A DNA stretch of 59,014 nt, counting the filler, from Basidiobolus ranarum (Eukaryota), in NCBI GenBank assembly GCA_040143965.1. It is 4 parts of 4 records of this genome, joined end to end, with 100 filler letters (N's around TTAATTAATTAA, not from the genome) between each part and the next. Parts side by side here need not be neighbours in the genome. Positions count along the whole stretch, not along the records: positions 29,630 to 44,276 come from JASJQH010000416.1; positions 44,377 to 59,014 come from JASJQH010000417.1; 2 more parts are not named here. The stretch is one strand, 5' to 3'. The notes under the pieces are model-generated. The model did not search any database. It was not told where the DNA came from and saw only the letters and a program-made list of their open reading frames with translations. Shown piece after piece: positions 38,153 to 49,456 of the stretch. The position numbers were made by a program, and so were the translations under genes. Each line of letters opens with the position of its first letter. Positions within the stretch are counted from its first letter, which is position 1.

Positions 38153-40326
38153 TTAATTTTTAAACCCGAATGTCTTCTTTTTGGATTTCTCTAGAGTACC
38201 AGACCGATCGCTACCTTCTAATCTCTTTTTCTTTTGTTCTAGATCGTATCGTTGTTTCTCCAACGCTTCTTTCATCTCCTTATGACGATTGTAGAGCTAG
38301 AATTCAAAAACGAAAAGAAGAGTTTAATGAAGCATCAACAAATGATCCTCTAATAACTGATACCAACCTCTTCCTCGGTCTGCTTTAATTTAATCTCCTT
38401 CTCTTGAACTTTTTGTTGGAATACCATCTTCATTTCCGCTTCCATCTTGGCCATCTTATTTTCATGAATTTGGCGTTCTTCCTCCATTTTAGCGAGAGGG
38501 CTTACAGATGCAAAAAGTATATTAGAGGAACATGCACAGTGAATGGTCGATGTATAGTAATGCAACCTACTTGACATCTTTGAAAATCGATGGATCTTGC
38601 TCGATACCTAAAGCTTGAAGTTTGGAGGCTCGGTAATTTTCATAAATCAACGTGCTGGTGTGTTCTTTGAGTTCCTCCATATGTGTTCTGTTCGAGAGGG
38701 TAGAAAATAAAGACAATCGTAAATAACATCCTTATATCATGTAACACATCCAATATATTCTATGTATTACCTGATGAGCATCTGACGAAGTTTCATAAAA
38801 TCACAATGCTCCTCGTTATCCACTATAGACATTGGTAAATGATGATTGAACTCTATGCGGTTATCGAAGGCAAAACTTACCTTCTATAACACCCCAAGGA
38901 TATTTACGACCACGGACCATTCTACCGTCGACCTCAATCTCTTTATCGCTTCCTACAATCGCAAATGGAATCTTATCCTACATAGATGGATATGAAGAAT
39001 TACAACCTTGGGAAATGTCAGCACCTAATTGTACCTCAGACGAAAACATACCACGATCTCTTTATTCTGCGCAATAGTTTCGGGATCGTCGTTGGTGTAA
39101 GGCGAAGGTTTGAAGATTTGAATTCCATGGTGATGAATATCGCCAAGAATCTAATTGTACGTAAGGTAAGTATCCATATCACCAAGATTTGATCGTAAAA
39201 TAAAATAAACCCTCATACTCTTTGTTTAAATCCTTGCACCTCTTCCTCAGTCATAGTGTCCGATTTAGCAACAACCGGGATCAAATTAACCTTTGTGTGA
39301 AGACGTTTCATGAACTCCACATCAAGAGGTTTGAGTCTATTTGTGGTGAAAACAATGTTTGGTGAATAACACTAAGGTATGGACTAATTCAAATATCAGC
39401 ATATTTCTACTTACGCATGACCAGTAGGGGCAATGAAATACATGCAAGCATGTACACGATTGTCAACCATTCGACTACGATTCACGCGATTCTCCTGCTC
39501 CAAGTATGCGTCGAAACGAGACTCTATGTTATCAAGTATAGGTTTCCAACTAAACAGTAAAAAGACAAGTTAGCGGTGAAGCATTAAGTATAGAATGATA
39601 GTAATGATAGTAATGATATCCGAATGTACCTGTCTTCATTATTGATATAATCACCAAATCCTGGTGTATCAATCACAGTCAATCTCAAATTGACATCGTT
39701 TTCAATGATATCTGGATGTTTTGGATGGTCAAATTTGAGTACAATATAATTAGAATCTATAGTCTGTAATAAAATTCTTTACCGGCACTTATGGCTTGCA
39801 CCTCCACGGTTTTGGGAGATTCTTCTAGAAGTTGGGATTGCTGTTTGGGAGGGTACAGTGAGGTATTAAAAAGAGTGTTTACAAGAGTTGACTTCCCCAA
39901 ACCAGATTCCCCTAAGACACATCAGTATTGTGTTTCTCTCATAAGAAGTGTGAACATTGAGAAGTCTTACCAACGACCATGCAGGTAAAATAAAAGCCTT
40001 TTTTAACCGAGCGTCGGTGTACTTGGTTGGGGAGGTTCGAGAAACCAACGTATCCCTGAAGCTTCTTCTTCACAGGTGACTAGAGCGTTTCGAAGTTAGC
40101 ATTAACATATCTGTTTTGCATAGATTGTTTGGGAAAAAGTCATCAAGCAGATGAAAATCTTTTCGTACTTACTTTGAGTCCATTAGAACCTGAAAGAGAG
40201 TTGTTGGAGAAGTTTTCGACTGGTTGGGTATAGTAAAAAATGAAATAGAGTTAGGTTATAAAGCAGTGAATATGAGGAAGCAAAGCGTTGTGTGATGCTG
40301 AAATACCTACCAGTAAGGGGGGCCAT
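38153..40326 (-). CDS. CDC3: Septin Cdc3, multi-exon
   Basis: [47 protein letters not shown] and coiled coil [24 protein letters not shown]; short GT-AG introns. The first micro-exons are less certain. Confidence 0.93.
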
Positions 40327-41292
40327 GAGTACTTTAGTGCTAGTAATAAGTAGAGATGTAAAATGCGGAGATGACTTTCAAATGTCTTATCGCAACTGAA
40401 TGTCCAGGTATTGAATTAAAACTAGCGAGAACAACGATAAAATGGAGCAGGAATGATCGCTGAGCCAACTATGGTAAGTCAAGGTGTCGAAGGGGAAAGG
40501 GGAATTTAGCTATGTGACCAATCAACGCAGAGTTTTCATCTGCACTATACCCCTCCCGATTAATATTCTCGCGCAGACTTACCATAGAATATACCCAATA
40601 CTGCCTCCTAAATCCCCTGATCTTCCCGCTCAATCACGAGTCCACTTGCAAATAAACGAATCCTCGAACTGCGATCCATGAGAGCACTGGTCAACTTGAA
40701 TGCTATCGAGATGGATGAACTTGATCTACGCTGGCTACATGCAGGTATCGTCGCAGAGTATTGTCACAAACCGTAACTGATGTGTGGCCACCTCTTGATT
40801 GTACTTGCGATAGATGGCTAGACAGCCATTCTTACCAGTAGAAGTTCTGGGTAGAATTCCCAATGTTGGGGCTACTTTCAGAGTGAAGTGATTGCCTTCA
40901 TAAAATCTAAGCATGATCACGTACTGCTGATCATCCAGGTCCTTCACATTGAGTGCACCAATTAATTTGGTACTACCAATGTAAGCCCCACTCAACATAA
41001 ATATCCACTAAGAGATGTTTGGTTAAATTTGTGATGGCTCGAACATAGATTAGGTGTAGGACTCTCGCTCGATCAGAACCGCTTACCAGATCAAGTAGGC
41101 TTATCACAGTTCAGAGCATCCTACAGCCTTGTGAGGAGTATTCAAGTATTGGACGATTCAAGCAACGATAACAGATTTGTTACTAGATATTTATTGATAC
41201 AATAGGTGGTCTATCCAACAGTTTAAATACAAGGAATCTCATAACATCACTATCAATACTCGTAGGTCTTGATTCGGAAGTATCTATACGCA

Positions 41293-42202
41293 TCAATAAA
41301 GAAGGCTCATTCTATCTTCGATATATTCGATTTTTCTTGAATTGATGTAACTTTGCGACTTCCAGAGGGCGACTAGAGAGTCCACCCGTTGTTGTGTTGG
41401 CTCTGTATCGTTGACAGAGGCGATCACAGTTTCCTATAGTGTCAGTGAGGAGATGGTTATTATGAGGGTAAGAATACCACCCTTTGTTAGGGTAGGCTCA
41501 TAAGCGACCGTAACCTACTTGAAGTAAACATTCATTTTCATACATCTCCAAGTAGATACTCATAAAATCCAGTATGTCCACAATAGATGGGTACTTTCTA
41601 TCTGCCCCATGATCTACCGCCAACTATAGTAAATAGCGAGCAATGTGAGCAATGACTATTAAAAATATCCACAACTTCCAAATAAAAACGTTACCTCGGC
41701 CGACTCGGTCGGTAGTGAGCTTAAGACCGTGAGCAATCTATGTTTATCATGATGCATGGAGTGAAGAAGCTTTCGGACTTGGTTCGTGATAATAATAATA
41801 ATAAATGAAATATTAGTACCAATTCTACCAGACAGACATACAAAGAGTCGAGCGACATTTCAGCAATTAAAGAAATAGTGTACATTTTTCCAAAACCAAT
41901 TTGAGTGAAAAGACAGTCTCTTCTACCACTAAGGTGTTAATATATAAAGTTAGTTCCAAGATCAAGAAGAAAATCCAACGAAGTTCGGATCCCTCTCTCC
42001 CTTTTCAAATTACCCGCTTTTTTTGCCCATCGTGAGAGTAATTGAGCTCCTTCTTCATGAACCTCCTCCCACTTATTACCACTAGAGAGAGAAAGTAAGA
42101 AAAGTTTCAGTCAATCGATAAAAAAGTACTGATTTCTTTATGTCTTTACTTTTGTTTAAAGTTTTCAAAGATGTCTAAACAGGTCGATTTTAGGTCGGTC
42201 AT
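41293..42202 (-). CDS. C1orf109/AIRIM (CA109-like)/CINP-like helical protein, 164 aa, 6 exons (42202-42150, 42081-42014, 41928-41884, 41777-41695, 41623-41519, 41433-41293)
   Basis: All five GT-AG introns are phase-consistent. Product MTDLKSTCLDIFENFKQNGNKWEEVHEEGAQLLSRW…KYPSIVDILDFMSIYLEMYENECLLQETVIASV…LVALWKSQSYIN resembles C1orf109 (PSVADMLEWL) and CINP (LEMYxKELLL…WLHQPY) as recalled from memory. Confidence 0.65.
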
Positions 42203-42603
42203 ATTATGTGAGCATTCCCCAAGCAATACAGAGAGGTAAACTTATACAAAGTTTCGACTAAAATGACCCGAAATCTGCAACCAAATACGAAAACATTGAG
42301 GTCGCTTTTTGCACATCAATTTTCAAATCTTTTTTCGGATTAAGCAAGTATTAATAGTAATAAATATAGTGGGGGATCGTGTTAATATTTTGGTTTTTAC
42401 TTTTGAATAAATATTCCATCGCTTTAAATACAACGAAAGAATTTACGAAATCATCCAATAATAGATTAAGTATTCAAGAACACCAGGCGGTATATCTCGT
42501 ATTTAGAAACTGCACCAAAGTAAATAACACATTTTGTGGAGACAAAATCTATGTATAAAATGGAAATGAGGCAATGAAATTCTTTGCACTATCGGGTTGC
42601 CAA

Positions 42604-44276
42604 CTAATCGCGCTTAACAATATCCTTGGGTAAATTGTTGGAGAAGAAATGCTTAGTGACAATTTCAATAACATAAGAAATCCCAAAGTCAAGGATTAGT
42701 GTGGCTATCATTCTCATCTTGAAGGGAAGTGGGAATGGAACCAATTGAAGCCAGCTATTCAGTTCATCAACGAATTCAGTTGCGGCAACAATGGCAATAC
42801 CACCGACTGTAACCAGACCATAGTACATCATTTTGTTGTCTTGCAAGCTTTCACGGAATGGATATCCTTGATAATTGATGGCGAAGGTAGAGACCTGTGT
42901 GGAAATGTAGATCAAATAAACACCACTGTTCAACAAGTTGGGCTCGAATTTACCGTCCAAATTAACTGGTTTTTGTCTGTTACAAGTAAATAAACAGGTT
43001 AGTATTCAATATTCAATATACAATACTACAAGATTTCTTTAAGAATAACTTACTCTTCGTAGGTCTTGGATAGGTAGGTGATGTAGACGAGGGAGATGAT
43101 ATGAATAGCAAATTGTCCAAGAACAGACAAAAGTATATACCAGTTGAAGATATTGGCTTGGGGTCTCTCTTTCGACAGTTGTTCCAAAGGCTTGGCACGT
43201 GAGATACACAGGAAACAGATGGACATGAGAACTCCGGAGATAGTTGCTTGATAATCACCAAACTTGACACCATCCAGATACATCACACTTAAACTATAGG
43301 CGGAGATAAGACAATTCAAAGCGAGAATCTTATACATTTGAATAGTAGCTACCAATGTGCAACGACCTTGACGAATGATATTACAAATAGCCATAACAGA
43401 AGATAATTTAGAGGTGAAAGGAGCAGCAACCGAAGCGTCACCAAACTTCAAAACGGGCACCTCATCATCCAACTCTTCCAGTAATTGTTGAGATAAATTG
43501 GCTACTTGCTCTTGGGGATTTAAACCAGTAGCTGGTCTAGGTCTGTTACCAGGATTTTCAATGACATTAGATGCGTGTTGAATGGCTTGAGTTAATATGG
43601 CCGGTGGTGGTGGTGGTGGCATGTTGAATTTTTCTGCCATCTTCTTTTGCTGTTCATACATTTGCTTAGCGCGTTCTAAGCGAGCTTTTACGGCAATTTT
43701 CTCAAGATCTTCAGGAGTTCCATCTAGCAAAGCGACACCAATGTCTGCTTGTTTCAGGGCACCTACATCGTTTGTACCCTCGCCACACATCAAAGTTACG
43801 TATGCCGCTTGCTGGAGTCCATTTAAGATGAGCTCCTTTTGGCTGGGAGAGACTCGAGCGTAAACCCAAACGTATCTGAGGAATTTCGAAAGCTCTGATG
43901 ATTTTTCAAGATATGCCAATGCAGAGCCAGTTAAGCACATGTCGTACTTCTCAACTAATTTCATATCAAACTTGGGGTTCTCGCTATCCAGAGAGATCTC
44001 CACTTGATCGTCGATGGAATGCCACTTGAGAGATCCTGGTTCAGAGGAATCCAAAATCAGAACGTCTTTTTCAAAAAAATCTAGCTCAGCAGCAACGTGA
44101 CAAGCAGTAAGAGGGTAATCACCGGTAATCATGACGAATCTATGGGAAGAGTTGTTTAACATTGTAACGGCCTTTTTGGAATCTGGTTTAAGAGGACATT
44201 GGAAAATAAGGAAACCGGAAAATTCAAGCTCACTCTCAATGAAATCTCTTTCAACGTGGGCAATCTGACTTTCGTT
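42604..44276 (-). CDS. SPF1: P5A-type ATPase Spf1/ATP13A1, 3' part only (5' part lost at the spacer); one intron at about 43053-42977
   Basis: VWVYARVSPSQKE, GTNDVGALKQA, KFGDASVAAPFTSK, IIRQGRCTLVATIQMYKILALNCLISAY, FEPNLLNS and FAINYQGYPFRESL. Confidence 0.95.
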
Positions 44277-44376
44277 NNNNNNNNNNNNNNNNNNNNNNNN
44301 NNNNNNNNNNNNNNNNNNNNTTAATTAATTAANNNNNNNNNNNNNNNNNNNNNNNNNNNNNNNNNNNNNNNNNNNN
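44277..44376. other. Artificial contig spacer
   Basis: Same 44 N + TTAATTAATTAA + 44 N structure. Confidence 0.97.
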
Positions 44377-44790
44377 GCAAGCAAAAAGATGCACAAACAC
44401 CACTTAGCATCCTCAGTAGTGTCACACTAAAAGGACTTACAAAAAAGTCAAAGTGCTTGGGGTGTATTTTCAAAAGTATGAGGTGAAAAACACAGTGCAA
44501 GTATGCAGACAGTGGCTTCAGAAGAAGAACATAAACTTGACATTCAGTCTGGTGTTGACCATGCAGATATCTGGGAAGCACTTACTACAGTGTGGTTCAA
44601 TATTGGAGGGTATCCATCAGATTGCTGGAAGAATGTCGATTCAGCAATGTTAACACAATGGTGGGCTTTGATGGAAATATTGATACAGACTCATGTTGGG
44701 TATGAGCTAAACCTTGGATACGAAGAACTCTATAAAAATATTCAGGAGAATATATCAAAGAGACTGGGGATTTTGAAGGTGATAAATTAG
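44377..44790 (+). repeat. Unclassified repeated coding remnant, copy 1
   Basis: Homologous to the reverse complement of about 58500-58745 (VQVCRQWLQKKNI versus VQVRRKWLQKKNI; HADIWE in both). Confidence 0.7.
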
Positions 44791-44879
44791 TGTTCAAGTG
44801 GTAAATGTGTAAAATTTGAGTTACTTTTTTTGCACATGCATTGATCCATAGTTTGCTGAGAGTGTAGCCAATCAAGTGC

Positions 44880-47570
44880 AACTAATTTGCAAGATCTTGA
44901 AATATCACTACTGAAACTGAAAGAATTGATTAAAATCAAATCTAACTTGACAATTTTATGTCAGTAAGTAAGTGGTCAATCCCAAATGGATTAAAATTGT
45001 ATCACTTTTCCTACAATAACAATCCTCAAGTTTTTGTTAGGGTAACTAATCTTGCTTTCTACCGGTTGAAAGATCCAGCTGAGTTAAGTTTCAGTTTCAG
45101 TACCCATCTATTACCAATACTTTTGCTTCCAGTAGGTAAGTCCACAAGGATCCATGTGTTATTCTTGATCAGGCAGTGAATTTCATCATTAGTGGCTTTT
45201 CTCCATTCTGTCACTTCATGAGATTTCTGAGCTTGTGTCAAATTTTCTGGTTCAGAAAATGCTATATGTGCAGATATATTCCAGCCTTTTGCAGAATTGA
45301 AACTGTTGATTTCATGCTTTGATTTGAGACATCCAAAGTCTTTGGTAGAATGGGCAGATATTTCACTTGCAGGATGTTTCTGATTTCCACTTGATAGGAT
45401 TTCTGAGACCTGAGTGCCAGAATTTTATGATTGGTTGAATACTTCTTGTGATTGATTGCATACTTCCAATAATTGATTGCATCCAATATCTGCCAAATTG
45501 AGAGTAGGATATTTCTTAGGCATGTGATTGGTCAGAAAATTATTGCCTTGTTTCTGAGCCCAGTTTCCTGATTCCTGATTAGCTGGAAAAATATCCTTTT
45601 TCTGATTACCATACTTTTCATTGGCGGAGATAATATGCTGATTTCTAGAAGCAGATTCTATTTTATTGGCATCCATAGAGTCATTATCAGGTTTTCTGGT
45701 ATAAATTGGTGTAATTCTAGTGCTGCATAATGTTCACTACTTGTATAGCTGATTGATTCCAAAATATCATATAATAGTTTGTTTTCCTTGGTTTTAGTAC
45801 TCATAGTGAGGTTTGAGACAGGATTATTGCTTGTTGGTTTTCTGTTAGGAATATTCACCATAGGGATCGGTAATGATTTGAGTTTTGTCATATATTTATT
45901 GATAGCTGATGTTTTAGACCTTGTCCTAGATGTGATATTTTCTAAATTTGGATAATGTTGTAAGATAGTTTGAGATTCCAAATTTGGCCTAATTCCAGTA
46001 TCTATTTCCAATGCATCATTTTCAAAGTTGGTTTCAGTACTTGTTGGCTCAAGATTTGTTTCAGAACTCATTAACTCAGAATGTTAGTTGTTGAGAAATT
46101 GATTTTCGGTCATTTGATTTTTCTTCCTGTTATGGTTGTGACCATTGCTTCATATATCTTGAAATATCATAACAATTCTCCTTTTCTTGACAGAAGATAT
46201 GAAACTGTGAAGTGAGATTAAGGATCAATAAAGATGAGTAAATATTGTTGCTTACTTGGTGTCAGAGTTTGCATTGGGCCACATAAGTCTGTATGTCCAG
46301 AGGTTCTATTTCCTTTTAGTCATGCATTTTGCTTCTATTGTGACACATATGATCACTTGCACCAGAATCTAGAATCCTTACATCAGCAGAGTCAATTCCT
46401 GATTTAGAGGTTGCCATAAGTACATAGTGTTATTTCCTCTTTTATTGGTATAATATGCTTCCTTTTTCTTTGAAACCCATTTCTTCTTTGATCTGCAGTA
46501 ATGTGCTACATGGCCTAGTTTTCCACATTTGTAACATTTGACAGTGCTCCTTTCCGGTTGACTGTTTTGAGAATAAATTGCTTGTGTAGTTTTTGTTTCA
46601 TCTGCAAGCTCATTTTTGTCTTTCCTTTCAAATTCTTCTTGACATAGAAGAGTGATCAGATAATGCTGAGTAGGCTTATCCCCAATTGCTTCCAAAGTGA
46701 GTACAAGGGCTGAATATGATTCAGGAAGACCATTGATTATGGTAAGAATTATATCATTTCAGGTACTTCATAATTCACTGATTCCAGTTGTTGGGAAAGT
46801 TTCTTGAAATTTTTACGTATGTCATAATATCTGAATCCTCAGACACACAAGAGTTTAAAAATATTTTTGTAGCATCATCAAGTGAGCAAGCCCTTTTTGC
46901 TCATGATGTTCCACTAGAATTTCCCATGCATTATTTGCATAGGCAGCATCTCTGACTAGCATAAGTTGTTGTGATCCCATTCGTAGACATATTTCCATAA
47001 ATGCCAATCTGTCTTTTTCTTTGAAGGCTGCCCTGGCTTCTTTATGTGTTGGCTTCTTTGTTTCAGTGCCGAATCTGTACTTTCTTCTTCAGAAGTTTCT
47101 TCTTCTTCATCTGGTTGAACTGCTTCCCAGACATCTTTCCTTCAAGCACAAGTTGCATCTTGAGTTTCCATTCATGGAAATCATCCCCATTGAATGTTGG
47201 AACATTAGTAATCTCCTTTTGGGAAGAAGACTCTAATTCACTTGCTGCTACCATATTGGAGGATCTTGACATAATGGGGGTAGACTTTGGGTATTAGAAG
47301 CAACTTATGACAGGGTGTTTTAGTTACTTTATTCTTGAGAGTATATGGTGACTTATATAGTAGAAAAGTAAATCAATTGTTTGAGATATTTAGGAGTTTG
47401 TGTAATAAGATATAATAGATCAGTGGGGATAGTGAGACATACTTGTTACATAGATATAGAGATATTCCTATTTAGAATATAGGGTCTATAGATACGTTGC
47501 TTTCTGTTTGTGATATATGCATCACAACTAAAGTTAACTATGATGTTGAATAAAAATTCATTATCCAACA
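44880..47570 (-). mobile_element. Ty1/copia family B element, internally deleted and 3'-truncated: 5' LTR 47570-47254, PBS 47253-47244, gag, protease, long linker, start of RT
   Basis: LTR TGTTGG…CCAATA, PBS TGGTAGCAGC, FNGDDFHEWKLKM, CYKCGKLGHVAHYC, LDSGASDHMC and NNTWILVDLP…RWVLKLK. Confidence 0.9.
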
Positions 47571-48964
47571 GATTTCACTGGGTTCAGCCAAGTTTCCATG
47601 CAATGAATGCACTCTGTTGATTTCTTGCTTCTATAAGTTTTGAGTTTTGATCCCAGTAGCTAATTTGGTATTATTCTGATCTGTGATAGTGCATCCAGTC
47701 TTGCTGAACAAGAAATTTAGTCCTTTAAGTTGCTGCTTGGCTTACTGAGAGTAGATTCTTGGCTATATTTGGTGCATAAAGTACATCTTCCAAATTTGCA
47801 GATGGTCTAGCTGCATTTTAGTCTAAATTGAGCACAACTGTGCCATTACCAAATGCATTTAGTGCATGGGCATCATCTAAGAAGACTTTCCTTTTTTGCA
47901 CGGGTTTTAAGCTGGAAAACTAGTCTTTCTTGTTTGACATATGCTAGGAAGCTGTTAAATCAATATACCCCAGTTCTGAGTCTTCTTTAGTGGTTACTGA
48001 TAGGGTAGACACAAATAGATGATACCTATCAGTGCCTACTTAATTTAGTTGTTCTGATTTTAGCTGTTTGGCAAAAATCCTACTTCTGCAATCTTTGTTG
48101 AAATGGCCTGGCTTCTTGCAATACTTGCAGGATATTGATTTCCTATCAGGGGCACCATTAATGAAGCCTGATTGATGCTTTACAGCTCCCAAGAATGCCT
48201 GATTTGCATTTATTTCTGAGAGTTATATCTCTTTAATCCTTCATTCAAAAGCCTGGCACCAACATATTCCATTATTAATGGCTCTGATCTGGATTCTAGA
48301 GCAATTATGAGATTCCTGAACTTGTCTGGCAGGCTCCCAAGTAGTGTCATAACTAAGAGTCTCTGAGATGTAGACAAAGTGTAGCAAGTGCTTTCCTCTG
48401 CTTCCTGTGAAAGGCAAGGATAGCTTCTTGTAGTCCCTTTGGCTCTATTTCTTCTACTGTAATGAATCTCCAAAGGTCTTTGTCTTCAAGCACTATTTGC
48501 ATCTTAAACTTCCAAAGGTGAAAGTCTTAGCCATCAAACTTCCCTGTGGATGTGAAAACATTGGTATAGTACTGGTAGACATTCCTTTAGAAGCTAGCTT
48601 GAGGCTCATAACCTGATAAAAGTGTTTAAGGGACTTGGAAGTGTTTTAGACAAGATTTAGATTTATGAATTGGACACTCAAGTTTTATTGAATTGATGAC
48701 ATCTTATTTAAAAGTTTACTAAGAAATAGGACTATAGAAGTGCCTAGATCATAACAAACAAGCCTTTTAAGCAAGGGTGAACAATTGATGGAATTTGGAG
48801 AAGTTTTGAGAAAATAGTGAAAATCGGTAAAAGTGCTCTGATTAATGTTACTAACAATAGAGCAAAATACAAATGTTTTTGAATGGCAGAATTGAGTGCT
48901 AAATAATCAAAATATGAATAAACTAACTACTAAATAGTGAGTTGCCATTTACCCAATTTCAACA
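47571..48964 (-). mobile_element. Ty1/copia family A element, truncated: 5' LTR 48964-48614, PBS 48613-48602, decayed gag-protease
   Basis: LTR ends …ATCA followed by GGTTATGAGCCT; FHLWKFKMQIVLEDK, LLGSLPDKFRNLIIALE and CKYCKKPGHFNKDC. Confidence 0.88.
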
Positions 48965-49129
48965 GGTTATCATTGAAACAGGACCACTCAATGCAATTTA
49001 ACTGGTTTTTCTGAAGACAAGGTGAACATTTTAACAAAATGACCAAGAAAAACATAATTTCTCAACTTCAAACCTGCCCCCAACTGTAATGCAAACTTCT
49101 ATGAATTGCAAATATGAAAAAGGGCCAGG

Positions 49130-49455
49130 GAATTGTGCAAGATCTGCAGTTTATCATTTCTGCAATAAAACGGGATCTAAATCATACCAATTTGTGTGGA
49201 CCAATCTAAAATTTAGCTTTAGGTAGAGAATGAATATGAAATCACAGTTAATGATAATTATACATTCTTGATGTCAGTCCCCTTGATAGAAAGAAATACA
49301 CAAGCTCTCTCTATCTTCAGAGACTCTATAACACCTTTAGAGACTGATACAGGCACTACTATCAAGAAACTATATACTTGTAATGGGGAGAATATATATT
49401 TAAAACTATTCAACCCATTTGACAAAATTTGTGGAAATAAACAAGACACTACTGT
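49130..49455 (+). mobile_element. Copia integrase fragment in the opposite orientation
   Basis: LCGP…ALSIFRDSITPLETDTGTTIKKLYT, similar to 29250-29529. Confidence 0.75.
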
Positions 49456-49456
49456 G

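Noticed and set aside
39593..39620. AATGATAGT x3 microrepeat in a CDC3 intron
   Set aside because: Simple slippage repeat with no further structure.
40715..40750. GAACTTGATCT resembling part of a fungal TPP riboswitch
   Set aside because: The flanking CTGAGA and P5 GATAAT…GCG elements are absent, and there is no thiamine gene nearby.
40735..40998. 87-aa minus-strand ORF with YIGST (GIY-YIG-like)
   Set aside because: No GIY motif or other family residues; a single short match is expected by chance.
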